The notes: generated by a model not told the origin, from the sequence alone. 61,107 nucleotides of DNA, filler included, from 8 parts of 8 records of this genome joined end to end with filler, not necessarily neighbours in it; one strand, 5' to 3'. Counted from the whole stretch's first letter, positions 45,635 to 58,217 are shown. Numbers and translations are program-made.

Positions 45635-46969
45635 ATGGGCGCCTCTTGCACCACCGGGGAGCTTCAAGAACAGCACTCGCGTCGGATCTCGGAACAAGCG
45701 GCCGCTGAGCAGTCGTCGGGTCCGCCGTTGCTGCTGGTGATCTGCGACTCGCACAGCGGGGCCAAGATCGACATCGAGCTGCCCCCGACGGCCCTGGTGT
45801 CCCACCTGCAGCGGCTGGCCGCCCCAAAGCTCAAAGTGGCCCCTCGGCTGGCCGGTCGGCTCGAGCTGGTCTTCGCGGGGGTGCTGCTCCGTCCGGAAGC
45901 CGAGGTGGGCAGCCAGGAGTATGGCATGTGCGACGGGGCCGAGGTGGTGGCCGCTAACACCAGCACGCTAATCGGACACTCGCCGGTGCCGTTGTACCGG
46001 CGCCTCAAGGAGAACGAGAAGCACGGGTTAGTGCCGTTGGACTACGCCCAGCTCACAGTAGTGAACGACGTGAAGGTCTCCAACGAAAACCAGGATAACA
46101 ACAACTGGCTGACCGGGCTCACGTTCCTCGACCAAGGGATGTTCATCGCCTGTGTCCGCAACGGCACTCAGCGGACGCTCACACTGGTGGACACCAAGCC
46201 GGCCGAGTGGAATGTGACCAAGATCATGTTTGATGGAGAGGCGGTCAAGATCCCAGACTCATGCTGCCTGCTCGGCGATGGCGTGCTGGCCGTCACCGCA
46301 TATGAGCCGGCTGTGGGCCCCAGGCTGTACGATTGGGTGAACGATGACTGGCAGACCCGTCCTCAGCTCAAGTTGCACGCCCGGCCTGAGTCGCCCTACC
46401 GCTACGGCAAAATGTGTGGGCTGTGCGAGGACAGCACCGGCCGGCTGATTGCTGCTGACATTATGAAGCACCGTGTTGTGATCTTCGACCGTAAGCTCGA
46501 GCCTGCTTCAGCCAGACTGCCCGAAACGCTGGTCGAAGTGCTCACGATTGGCAACTTGCATCACCCGTGTGGGCTGGCCATCCTACCCGACGACTCTTTC
46601 GGAGTGACTGAGTGGGCCAAGAACCGCGTGTCGGTGTTTGGACCGAATGGCACAGCGCGGTACGCCTTTGAATCGCACTGCGACAACCCGCGAGCGATGG
46701 CGGTCGACTTGAACGGCTGCATAATGGTGTCAGACTATGACAATCCTGCTCTCAAGATCTTCAACAGGTTCACAGATGACTTCGATGCCAACGGGCTGCT
46801 CGTCCAGGCCCCCGAGCCGTACACGGCCAGTCTGTCCAGCCTGAGCCACTCAGGGGTCAAAAACCCGATGGCAGTGGCGATCAACCCAGACGACGGGCAC
46901 TTGTTTGTTGCAAGCTCGGCCGATGGCCGGGTGGTGGAGCTGGGCGGGCCATCTGCGCCGGCCCTCTGA
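45635..46969 (+). CDS. Putatively N-acylated protein with ubiquitin-like domain and NHL-repeat beta-propeller, intronless
   Basis: MGASC N-terminus; UBL-like segment ..LELVFAGVLL..YGMCDGAEV; NHL repeats (GRLIAADIMKHRVVIF, LHHPCGLAI, PRAMAVD, NPMAVAI). Confidence 0.75.
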   Translation: MGASCTTGELQEQHSRRISEQAAAEQSSGPPLLLVICDSHSGAKIDIELPPTALVSHLQRLAAPKLKVAPRLAGRLELVFAGVLLRPEAEVGSQEYGMCDGAEVVAANTSTLIGHSPVPLYRRLKENEKHGLVPLDYAQLTVVNDVKVSNENQDNNNWLTGLTFLDQGMFIACVRNGTQRTLTLVDTKPAEWNVTKIMFDGEAVKIPDSCCLLGDGVLAVTAYEPAVGPRLYDWVNDDWQTRPQLKLHARPESPYRYGKMCGLCEDSTGRLIAADIMKHRVVIFDRKLEPASARLPETLVEVLTIGNLHHPCGLAILPDDSFGVTEWAKNRVSVFGPNGTARYAFESHCDNPRAMAVDLNGCIMVSDYDNPALKIFNRFTDDFDANGLLVQAPEPYTASLSSLSHSGVKNPMAVAINPDDGHLFVASSADGRVVELGGPSAPAL

Positions 46970-47223
46970 GCACCAGCAGCTCGGCACTCGATGCCCCAGA
47001 ATGTAATGTTCCTGTAGGCGGTCGTGGCTCACGCGCCAGGCCTACCGGGCACACTCATGCTAATGAGCCGCCGCATGACGATACTGTCAAGACTAACAAT
47101 TTGACTGAATAAAAAAGAAGCACAACAATTTAATAAAAAGCGATTATCATCATCATAAATGGATGTACATGCATGACATTGTGCACAGCTGAACCGAAAA
47201 AATACTAGTACATGTCATGAATA

Positions 47224-50194
47224 TCAATCCTGACATGGCAACATGCTCTTCTCTGCGCGGGACATCATGCTCTTCAGGTTGCGCTGCATCTGCTCAAGCT
47301 CGGCCTCCCAGCTCCCCGCCCCAAAGTCCGTCTGCCGCCATTCCGGCCGCCACTGTTCCGGACTCCGCAGCACGCTCCCCGGGCTGCCGACCAGCTCCCG
47401 CGAGAGCATTGGGACGTCCTCGGCCGGCAGCTTTGCCCCTAGCATCTGGAGCTGGGCCAGCTGGTCCACCAGCCGGCCGCTCCGGCGCTGCTCGGCTTGC
47501 AGCCGATCCTCAAAGTCTCTCAGCACCAGCCCCACAAGCCGGGCGTCCTGCACGTGCACAGGCCTGCTGAGCACAGCCGGCCGCTCCATTTGCGAGGTGA
47601 ACAGCTGGAGCTGGCTGCTGGTGGTGTCCGCCACGGCGGTTCGCTCGCGCACCCACAGCCGGACAACCTCGGCGCACCAGCGGTGGAACGCTCGGGTCAG
47701 CTCGGCTCGCATCCACAGTCCGAGCTGCCGCTGGCAACCCACCACCGAGCACCACTGCACCGCAGTCTGCGCCGCCACCCGGCAGTTTATCGCCCGATTC
47801 CTGGCCATTGCCAGCAGACCCATACTCCCGCGCCGGCCGCGTTCGCTGAGCGCCAGCCTGGCCCCGAGCACAGCCGCGCGGAGCTCACAGGCTCTCAGCC
47901 GGGCACGGCATCGGCCCTCCCTGCTGCGCGCCACGTTCACCACAAGTGCCCAGATACCGCGCCTCTGCCGCCGCCCCGCCACGGCGTGCGCAGACCGACG
48001 GGCAGCCAACTCCCTCTGCCGGAGCACGCAGCGCTGCAGCCGCCGTCGGTCCCGTCGGGTGTGTTCGAACAGCCAGACCCGCCGCCACAGCACGAGTCCA
48101 GTCAGCAGCTCCGCCCGGACTGCCGCCTGAGCCGCGCTCGCCCGCCAACTAGCCCCGGCCTGGCGCGCCAGTCGGGTGAGTGCAGTCATGCAGCCAGCAC
48201 GCGAGGTCCGGTGATTAGCAAATACAGCCAGCCGGACCACTCGGCTCTGCAGCCCGCTGGTCTTGCGCATCGCACGCCGGCAACTGCGGTAGCAGCGCCA
48301 GTGGCCCATACTCGACCGCAGCGCGAGCCGGCTCACTGCCAGCCCTCCGAGCGTCGAGCGGGCCATGAGAAGCCCGGCACTGGCCCAGCGGACACACCGA
48401 TGCCACTGCCCGAGCGCAGCAGCCTTGCGTACCCTGACAGAGCGCCGAACGCCCAACCAGCCGGCCAGATCGCCCCGCGCCGTCAGCTTCACGGCAGCCT
48501 GCTTGCTGGCCTCGTCTGCGGCCTGGGCGCGTCTGGCCGCCAGCCCGACCAGCGCGCAGCATCGCCAGTGGCCCATCGCGAGCCTTGCGTTGGCCTTGGC
48601 TCGGAGATGGTACGCCCCAACTGCCGCGGCCGCCTTGACAGCGCGGACGTGCCTGTGGAGACTGCGGAACACAACCGTTGCCCGCGCCACTGTGCCGACC
48701 ATCTGTCGGGCTCGCCACCGGCACAGGCATTTGGACAGCACCGCCGCCCAGCCACGCTGCCGCCAGACCAACGCCACGGTCTCGGCGCTGGCTCGCGCTG
48801 CTGTCGCCTGCTCGAGCTGCAGCTCCAAGTGAAGCCGCGGTTTGACGAAAGACTCGAACCCGGGCCGCCACCAGAAGAAGGCCGCGTACATCCGTCGGCG
48901 GGCCGCCTGGCTCCTCCGCTCGAGCAGCATGGCCAGCTTGACAGCCTCAGGCCCGCTGCCGTCGGCTTTCCTCTGCTCTTGGGCGCGGCGCTTCTCTTGC
49001 TCAAGTTGTTCCAGCGCGCTCTCTATCATCTGCCGGCTGCTCCGCTGCCAGTGCAAGTTGTCCACCACAAGCTTCCAACGGGCCAATCCGGCCGCCAACC
49101 GCTGCCGCCCACGCCGCCAGCTCACCGCCGCCGCCATCCGCGCCAGCTCCCGCCGCCGCCCACGCGCCCCGGCCCACAGTCGCCAGCGCTGCCAGCCGGC
49201 GCGGCCGGTCCGCTCGCGCACCCGCCGGGAATTCCGCAGCGCCCACCGCTGCCGCGACAGGCTGAGTGCCGACCACACTCTGAACACCAGAGCTTTGAGA
49301 CCATGCGCCTGACAGAGCAGCTCGGTCAGCCGTGCGAACCCGACCCGCCGGAGCTGGAGCCGCTCTCGAGCCTGGGCCGCGCCGAGCTCGGCTGCGGTTG
49401 CAAGCTGGGCCGCGCGCTGCTCGGAGAGCCCCATCTCACACTGCCTCAGCTCCCGCTCGGCCACATCCACCAGCCCCTGCGGCCACAGCTCCAGCTAGCC
49501 CCGGCGCCCCGCACCCGGCCCTCCGCCGTCTCCCGCTCAGCCGCCTCCAGCCGCTCCTTGGCGAGCTGCAGATCCCGCTCGAGCCCCGCCCCGCCAGCCC
49601 GGGCCTCCTCCAGCTCGGCCTGCCCACGCTCGCCCGCGCGCTTGCCACGGCGCACCAGGGCCTGACTCAGCTGCCGCTGCAGCTCGGCGTTGGCAGTCAC
49701 CGCCTGCTCGGCCTCGGCGTTGATGGTCTCCCAGGCCTGGCGATCCACTTCCCTGCAAGAGAGCAGCTGCCGGTTGGCAGCCCGCTCCAGCTCCAGCTCC
49801 CGTTCCAGCTGCTGGTTTCGCCCGGCCAGCGCTCCCGCCCGACGCCGCTCCTCGTCTGCCCGCGGCTCAGCCGAATATCAGGCGGCCCCCTCCCTTCCTA
49901 CGCAACGGGTCGGGGACTAGGGCTGGACGGGCCGGTCTGAGGGCTCCAACAGCCCCGCACGGACCAGCCCGAGCCGGTCTTGTCGCGAACGGCTCGGCCG
50001 GGCGGCGCACCAAGCTCAGCGCGCAGCTCAGTCTCGCGCCGTTCGGCCGCCTGCTGGAGCTCGGCGGTGCGCTCCTTGAGCTGGAGGCTGTGGCGCTTGT
50101 ACTGGAGCGCATCGCGGAGCTGCGCCTTGAGCTCGGACACCTGCGCCTTGCGCGGGACCCCGTGCGCCGGCAGCGTCTTCACCAAATTGTTCAT
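47224..50194 (-). CDS. Long coiled-coil protein with Trp-containing basic repeats, Sfi1-like, multi-exon
   Basis: N-terminal heptads, then recurring (F/L/M)xxW(R/K) motifs (VFRVWS, LARWK, LCRWR, MGHWR, AFHRWC). Confidence 0.55.
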
Positions 50195-50292
50195 CCAAGC
50201 ATTCGTGTTGAGTCAGCAACGGAACAAATTTTGGCGCTCGCCAGCACGAGGCAACACACCTCCGGCAGATCGCGGCGTGTGTGTCGGCGAGG

Positions 50293-50882
50293 ATGCAAGG
50301 GGGGCCGCCAGAGATGGACGCGGCCCAGCTGAAGCAGATGAACTGCTTTTACCCGGCGTACATCGACGGCGCGCTCACCCGGCCGCAGGCACCCTCCCCC
50401 CTCGCGCCCGACGGCTCTGAGCCTGCCGCAGGGCCGGCGGATCCCCACCGCGGCGGCGGTCCGCGCGGGAGTGAGCGGGCTGGGTTGAGGGGCGGGGGCA
50501 GGTGCCGCACCCGACGATATTCGAGTGCGTCGAGGTGTTCAAGGCGCTCGGAATCACGCACGTGCTGGAGGTGCTCCCTGGCTGAGCCCGCGGGCTAGAT
50601 GGTCAGCCGGCCGCAGAGCGCTCACCGGCGGGGGCAGCACAAGTTCTATTCGCGGGATATCTTGCGGCCGGGCCGGATCAAGTACGACCTGGCGGCTAGC
50701 GCTGGGGAGGACGGGAAGCTGCTGGCAGCCAACAGTTCGCCGCGGCTTGCCGGCCGGGGCTGACTGCCGGGCCAGAGCGCGAGCTGCTGAAGATGATCGC
50801 AGCGGAGGTCCCTAAGCTCAAGTCGCGGAACCAGACCCAGCAGGCGCCCGCTCCAGGTAAGAAGAAGAAGAAAGGGAAGTAA
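50293..50882 (+). CDS. SRP19: Signal recognition particle 19 kDa protein, 4 introns (first is GC-AG, 50389-50431)
   Basis: Spliced: CFYPAYID..TRPQ|GRRIP..VPHPTIFE..LE|HKFYSRD..GRIKY..KRELLKMIA..KKKKKGK. Confidence 0.92.
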
Positions 50883-51075
50883 TAATTGTAGCTAGTGAGG
50901 ATGGAGTGGCCGGATGAGTGTATAAATGCTCATATTTACGCCACCAGCCATGTACCAGCCATGCAGGGCTTGCCGCGTGCGCTTCTACCGAGCATCCTGC
51001 TGTGCCGTTCTATACATGTATAGTTGAATCTTGTGACGTCGTCGATCAATAGTCAATACTCGACATACCGGTACT

Positions 51076-51118
51076 GTACGTGAATACGTGAATACGTACT
51101 CGTACTCGTACTCGTACA
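51076..51118. repeat. Compound microsatellite (TACGTGAA then GTACTC units) in a convergent intergenic region
   Basis: gtacgtgaatacgtgaatacgtactcgtactcgtactcgtac. Confidence 0.7.
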
Positions 51119-51372
51119 ATGTCATAGAATGTGACAATTTCCGTACTCGAGTACGTACCGTATTAACGTCGTCGTGATTTAGAAAATGATCGCGGCATGC
51201 ATCGCTTACCGGTACATGCAATCTAATGCAATCCCAAGTGTTTCTTTAAATACAAGATTGTACAGTACAATGCAATCATAACACTTGAACTGAAACTTGT
51301 TGTTCAATTTTGAAAGAGCTCGTGTAGCCTCAGAAACACCAAGTCGTTGATGCTGGTGTACAAAGGCCCAAG

Positions 51373-53053
51373 CTACTCGCCAAACTCCGCCAGCCACGGA
51401 TCCTGCCCCACACACGCTGAGCAAGCGACCCTGCACTGCTTGCCTGGCAGAGCGCAGCGGCAGTGAGCCGCGCAGAGGGCTCCTCTTGCAGCAGGCCCTG
51501 CACCAGCGCTCTGGGCTGCTCCAACTGCTCCCAGCAGGCGTCTTCGTCGAACGGCACAGTCAGGTCCTGTCACCCGACCTTCAGAATGCCCTAGCTGGCC
51601 AGTTGGGCCTCGGGGTAGGCGTCATCGAGGCTGCTGTGGTCGAAAGGATGCTTGTGCGTGAGCATCATATACAGCACCACCCCCAGGCTCCACATATCCA
51701 CTTCGGACCTGCCCACTTGCTGGAGCCCCGGGAGGCTGTGCCCTCACCCATATGGAATTCCTAGCACCACCTCAGGCGCCACGTAGCCCGGGGTCCCCAG
51801 CACGTCCTCAAGCGGGGGCTCGGAAGCGGCTGGCAGTTCGACCGCAGTGCCAAAGTCAGTGAGCTTAAACACGCTGTGATCCTTAGAGCAGAGCACCTAT
51901 CCCAGGGCTCGCTTACAGCCCAGGGACCATGCCACATTCTCAGGCTTGATGTCCCGGTGCACAATCTGCAGATCGCTATGCAGGTACTGAACGGCCCGAG
52001 CGACCTGCCTCGTCACCCGTGCCACCACCGCTTGTTCTGTACAAAAGATCTTAACCCTGATCACTGTGGCTACTCACCGAGCGGCGCGTTCTGTTCAATC
52101 AAATCAAAGAGCTCACCGCCTGCAAGAGTTCAGCCGACGCCGCACAAGAGAGCACACCAGGCACAAGCTCCATCACCAGATGCAACAATGGATGCTCATG
52201 GAACACGTGTACCAGGCTGACGCAGTTGGGGTGGCTAATTCGGGTGAGAATCTGCACCTCCCGATCCAGATTGGCACTGTCCTCTTCGTCGATTGCAAGC
52301 TGATCAATCGTCTTGATCGCCACCTGCTCGTCAGTTCAGCCAATCAAACGGCCAGGGACGCACCACAGACGGCAGGTGCGCTGATGGTTCCCGTCGCGTG
52401 CCAAGATGCACAATGGCGAACGCGCCCTTGCCCAGGCGCTCGCCTTTCTCATAGGTATCCTCAAGCTTACCTGAACACAGATATGGTGGGTCTACGTCAA
52501 GCTTTGCGTGGCACCCTGTTGCTGCAGTCCTGCAGCCATTCCGCCGCTGTCGATGCCCTCCTCATCTACTGTGTCGACATCCGGATTGTCCATTGCGCCG
52601 TCGAAATAGAACTCGTCCTTGTCGCAAGGCTCCTCGAGCTCCTCGAGCTCCTCGACGACAGCCACAGGAGCGGCCGATCCACCCCCGCTCAACAGCTGCG
52701 ACTGTAGCTCTTTCAGCCTCGCTTCAAGCTGGGCCTTGTCCTGGCCTTGAGCTGGCGCTTCTTCTTCATCGTCGGATATCTCTGCTTGGCACGGATTGAT
52801 CTCAGGCACTACAGGGCTGGCCTGCCCCTTGATGTGACTACTTGCCCCCTCAGCGCAGGGAGGTGTCTCAACGTCCTCCTCGGCCTCGGCATCCTCCTCC
52901 TCGGCCTTGTCATCATCAACCTCGGCCTCTTCATCGCCCTCTGTCTCCTCACCTTCGTGTGCCTCTTTACTGTTCCCTACCTCCGTTTCAACCGTCTGTT
53001 CACCCACCTCGAACTCTGCCTCTTCGTCGTCGTCGTCGTCCTCCTCCTCCTCC
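51373..53053 (-). CDS. CAMK-family Ser/Thr kinase with acidic N-terminal region, multi-exon, 5' truncated
   Basis: LGKGAFAIV, VAIK, HPNCV, VMELV..GGELFD, HRDIKPEN, DFG, GTPGYVAPE, DMWSLGV, RLTAAALCQ|DPWL. Confidence 0.88.
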
Positions 53054-53153
53054 NNNNNNNNNNNNNNNNNNNNNNNNNNNNNNNNNNNNNNNNNNNNTTA
53101 ATTAATTAANNNNNNNNNNNNNNNNNNNNNNNNNNNNNNNNNNNNNNNNNNNN

Positions 53154-54691
53154 GGACCAACATCGGACTCGGACCACTCTGATCTGGCCGTTGTGATTCC
53201 GTTATGGAGTCTGTGAGTCGGACACATTCCGGTGGCAGCAAACAAACGACAAAAACAAACAGCGACAATGGACTGCACCACCCTGAGCACAGCAAACATA
53301 GGGTCCGCCTGTCCTTTGGCAGCACACCAAGGTCGCGGTCAATTGGGAGCATTCGGCTTTCTGCCCATCAAGCGCCCGCGCATCTCTCCATCCGGAGACT
53401 CGCAGTCCGTCGAGAAGTCGCTGGCAACACAGGCTGCCGAATTTGAGCTCGTCAAAGCCCGGTTGCAAGCGGAAGCCGCTCACCAGAAGCTGCATATGTT
53501 AGAAGCTAAGGAGCAGGTTCTTGCCGCCACTGCCCGAGCGTCTGACCGCCGTGTAATCTGTTGCAGCAGACGAAGATGTGGACAGCAATCGAGGAGCGGG
53601 ACGCCGAGCTTGCCGCACTGCGGAAAGAGATCGAGGTGAGAGATGCCGAGATTGTCGAGCTCAAAGCGAAGCCCTGCGTTGAACTTGGGGCCCTGGACGT
53701 GGAGCCCTGTGTTGAGGAGGCGCTCGCTAGCCTGCTAAGTACAGGTGTTCCCTGCACCTATGATGGCTTTGATAGTTATACCTTTCGTGTTGCAGCCGAA
53801 GCCGAGCACTCTTATGCCTGCGAGCTGATCACCCCTATGGACCGGGTGATTGAGCTCCATGGCAAGTGGCAGAATCTACGAGGATGTACAGTTGATTTTG
53901 CAGAGAGCATCCGGACGGAGGCAGCGAAAGCAGCTGCCCTGGTGAGCTCTGCTTTTGCATTGCATTGTTTTAGTGTAGTGCTGCAGGTCGAGCGGTCAAA
54001 GAAGGATCAGAAGCTGTTGGATGCGGCTGCGAATGCCGCTAAAAGAAAGAGCAGGCAGAGGCAGGTGGAGGTGCAAGAGCAGGCAGAGGCAGCATGGACA
54101 GCAGAAGAGCTCACGCTTGCCATGAACATGAGGCTAGAAACACTGGAAGTTGAATGTTTGGAGACGTCACAGCAGATGCTAGAAGGATCGGAAGTTGAAT
54201 GTTCGGCTGAACCATTGGACCGAATCAACAAACTGCTTACAGCTGTGAAAGAGGACGGTAAAACACTTAGTGGGACTGGTGTGTGGTCTATCGGGGGTGC
54301 GAATCCATATGGTGCCACCGTTCCGGTCAAGGGGTTCCGCAAGAGGAAGCTTCTTCTCGGATATAAGACCTTGGCGCCGGCCTTGTTGGCCGTGCAAAGT
54401 TACATGGCAGCAACGGAGGTGAGAGCTTGATATATGACTGAAACTGTAACGAGGGTGGTGCTTCAGGTGACGCATCCTGATTACAAGGATGATCTCACAA
54501 AAGCATGGAAGCGGTGCAACAAGCATTCGAAGTTGAGGAGGATTGAACCATTGCTGAAATTTATCAATGAGGACTCGAGACTGCAAATGTGGTACAAAGA
54601 CATCCACACTGGTGCGCAATTGCCTTATCCAATAGCCAATCCGTATTATGAGATAGCGTCTCAACTTCCGAAACTTCAGCTTAATTATTAA
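53154..54691 (+). CDS. Hypothetical coiled-coil protein, multi-exon; 5' end uncertain
   Basis: ORF pieces 53561-54430 and 54434-54691 join through a GT-AG intron near 54419-54466; AATAAA at 54806. Confidence 0.55.
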
Positions 54692-54837
54692 AAGCTAGCG
54701 ATTGCATTCTTGTATACAATCATTTATAACAGTACCGAGCACTAACCGAGCACTTTTTTTGGTACCGGCATGGTAGTATTGTGTTCATGATTAATCTCAT
54801 GTGTAAATAAAAATGATTGTATTTAATCATTGAACGA

Positions 54838-56672
54838 TCATTCGTGGCCTTCCATTGCCGTGGTCGCGACCAGTTGCCCGTAGCTCTCTATCGCGCCCAC
54901 ATCGAGACCCAGCAGGCCTATTTGCCGCCCAAACTCCTCGCTATCGAGCTTAAGCTGGCCACAGAGTGTAAGTACAAACAGAAAATGGCCCCAAAAGACC
55001 TGCAGGCAGATCTTGTACGCATCTGAAGTAGTGTCAACAGCGACGGCGTCGCTCTGAGCCGCCTGCAGCCACCAACTGCGCCAGCCGCAACCATTGCGCT
55101 GACCTTTTGCATCCGCCTCAGTGTATCTTCAGTTTTACGTACAGTCTCGATCAACTCGCCAACTTGCTTGTCGTACTGACAGCACACAGCATCGACCACC
55201 TGCCGACCGTGTCAGTTGATTGGCTGCCAATCCATCACCAGGGATTTGAGTCTAGCCAAGTGGGCCTCCTCGATAGGAGCGCTTTGTTGGAGAAATCGTT
55301 GCAGCGGCGCGAGGAAGTTGGCTACAAATGCGGAGGCCCTCGTTGGCGCAGCCTTGTTTTGCATTCGGAAGCCAGCAGTGATCCCTCTGATTGCCTGCAC
55401 AGGTTGCACAGTCAGTCGGTGGCCTGGTCTAGGCTGAAGACCAAAAGTTTCTCTGTACAGCCCTCGCTCAACTTCTCGGCAAGGTGCTCAACAATTGTCT
55501 CTGCGGCCGTTCGGACACCGGCCACAGCTGCATCATAACTCTCGCATACTAGCTGCTCCTCGGGAGTGTCGCCTGCCTCGGAAACCTAGCCGGGCACCAA
55601 TACTTGGTCCAACACATTCAAACTAGGCAGGCGCACCTGAAGGCAGGCTAGAACCACCTCTCGTAGCTTGGCCACGTGAGCTGCGACCGACTCGACGTCT
55701 TTCATCACCAGCGGCAAGTGGTGCATCAGGAGCCCATTTCCAGGACCAGAGCTGTTCAACTTGGAAACGGCAGCTGCTGTAGGAGCTGCAGCTGCGCTGG
55801 ATGTGGCCGCCATGGCGACAGGCACTACCTGCAGACTGCTCACCCAGTGCTGTGTGAGGGGGGAGACCTTTTGTGTGACGTACTGCGAGTACAAGTGCAG
55901 CAGCTGCAGATGAAGCTGGTAGAACTTGCTGCTCGCCTGCCCAGCTTTTAGCGAGACTAGCGCTGGCCAGGAGCGCACAGCATGTAGGAACACGCGATCA
56001 TTCCAGCAGAAGCTGATCTTGTCACAGACCAGCTTTGTCGCAGCCAGCAGCGGCCCACTAGACTCATCCTGAAGAGCCGGTTCTCTGTTCATGCTCTGCG
56101 CCCGAATTGTCAGCTCCCGCTGCAGCCCGACCCTCACACCTGTTCAATCTCGCCCACAACTCCTCGCTGCCGCAGCTGGAAATACACGTCCAGGTTCCAA
56201 AGCTTCATCAGCTGAGCAAGCCCTGGGCTGCTCCGCAGCTCAGCCACCTGTCCAGCCTCTTCGCTCCGACCGGACCAGCCAGCCTGCCTCAATCTTAGTC
56301 GAGCAGAGCTTCTCCAACCTCTCCATGAATGCCACCTGCGCCAGGTTTAGCCCCCGAAGCCAGTTCGCGGCACGGTGAGAGAGAAATTGCAGTGAAACGC
56401 CTCCGGGATGCCCGGTGCAAATATCGGCTTGAGGTTTGTCTGGATGGCCTCGGCGACCTGCTCAGCAGCTGAGCACTTTCGGCGCGTGTCGAACCTCAGG
56501 CCAGATCGCGTTCGACACGAAGCGGAACTCCTTGGTGTCACACCCGATCGCTGGCAACGTCGGGCCTGTCTCCTTGGGCTCCTGCCCTCAGCAGTGACTC
56601 GGGTCTCTGGCTTGGCAGCCACCTCCAACCCGGACAGAAACTCGCGGTCAATCGGATCCAACTTGATCGACA
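54838..56672 (-). CDS. COG2: Conserved oligomeric Golgi complex subunit 2, 3' part, multi-exon
   Basis: IFAPGIPEAFH; WNLDVYFQLR; IRGITAGFRMQNKAAPTRASAFV..LAPL; VRKTEDTLRRMQK; SDADKICLQ. Confidence 0.85.
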
Positions 56673-56772
56673 NNNNNNNNNNNNNNNNNNNNNNNNNNNN
56701 NNNNNNNNNNNNNNNNTTAATTAATTAANNNNNNNNNNNNNNNNNNNNNNNNNNNNNNNNNNNNNNNNNNNN

Positions 56773-57036
56773 TGCGCACTACTGAGGAGCTCCGTGGAAA
56801 TATACCTGACGATGAGCCGGTACGCCGCTATTGGCCTTATATTGGCCTTTGCCTAACTTATATTGGCGCCAGAGTATATTGCCGCCGGGCTAATTTGACA
56901 CGTATTTTGCAAGGTGCCTGAGCACGTGGTGGATGAGCTGAGAGGTACATCGGAACCGGCAGACCTGAGGGGCTCCGAACTGAGGAGCTCGGAATTGAGG
57001 AGCTCAGAGCGGCCGAGACCTGAAGATCAAGTGTAG
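56773..57036 (+). CDS. 3' fragment of an unknown gene ending in LRxSE pentapeptide repeats
   Basis: Intron starting near 56820, then LRGSELRSSELRSSERPRPEDQV-stop (15-nt repeat unit). Confidence 0.4.
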
Positions 57037-57332
57037 CATTTCGCGAGTACTACGTTGCGCACTGATTACCATGTGCACTTGGCGGTACGAGTGAGTGGCC
57101 TGAGTGGTTTCTACCTTGTAACTTTGAGTCTTGTGTGTCGTACTTCATCAATGGATCAAACCGAATTAGAAAGGAAAATTCTAGAAAATGAAAGCGTGTA
57201 CATGCAATCTTGAGTCTTCTACGATATCATTAGATGTAATAGAATCAAACATGCATGTCCTCAGCGTTATCTATGACATGATGCATACTTGTACGGGGAA
57301 TATACGAGAAATATACGAGAAATAATTCTAAG

Positions 57333-58046
57333 TTATGATGTTTTGGCTTTCTTTGCTTCCCGCTCGGCATCCCCTCCCTTCCCTGGATCATCCTTGACCT
57401 GCCCAGTACTTCAGCTGCAGTTGCAGCTGCCTGCTACAAACCGAAGCAGCTTCGTCATCGTCAAAGAACTTAGCAAATAGTTCTGGGTCTGCAACGACAG
57501 TCAGGGCCAGCCACTAGTGCTCCCTGCCGCACCCTCCCTCTTGATCCGAATGAAGTATTTCTGGGCGTGTGTTCGCACCTGTCCTGCGCGCTGACCCACA
57601 CCCACAGGCCCGTCGGCTCACTTGGGTCGGGTTGCGTGTTTCTACGTGGTCTGCGATCGCTTTGACGTCCTTCCGGCCATACCTACCCAAGTTGCGGCCG
57701 GCTGCACGGCCTGCTTGCGGACCGGTGAAGCGCCTCGAGGAACCGCTCGTGCTCTACAGGAGTCCAGTACCGCTGTGTGTTCTGCCCCCAGCTTAGCTGG
57801 CTGCCGTCCCCTCCCCGCGCACCTTGCCCGTACCAGACTCATTATTACCAGAGCCCCCCTGGCGGTCGCGCTGCCCTCCAAGCTGATTGATCTGCCCCGG
57901 GCCGCTCATGGACTGGCTCCAGGGCGTCTGGGCAGTACCACAGATCGGGCCTTGGCCAACTTCATCTCGAGCGCGGCAATTCGCTCCTGATTCTCGTAGA
58001 GGATGGTCAGCAGCCGGTGGCTCTCCTTCTTGACGCTGTGCTGCAT
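57333..58046 (-). CDS. Single-repeat MYB transcription factor, SHAQKYF class (THAQKYF), not shown in ORF track
   Basis: Spliced across short introns: RYWTPVEHERFLEALHR|YGRKDVKAIADHVETRNPTQ|VRTHAQKYFIRIKR, preceded by a coiled coil. Confidence 0.88.
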
Positions 58047-58217
58047 CGTGCCTGCACACCGCGGCCTCGGGAGGGGCAGCCAGCGGCTAGGCCGGGGTAC
58101 CGCTTGCTACCACGGCCACCAGCTCGGTGCTACTCGGTGCACAAAGCGATCGGCTCGGACTGGCACCCCCTGGTCGTGCTTGCACCAGCCAGCCAATCGC
58201 ACAACGAACTCGTCCCG

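Noticed and set aside
47497-49665. Long + strand ORF (722 aa) and similar overlapping ORFs such as 12362-13804 (-) and 59925-61040 (+)
   Set aside because: Antisense shadows of real genes in GC-rich DNA, with no recognisable domains.
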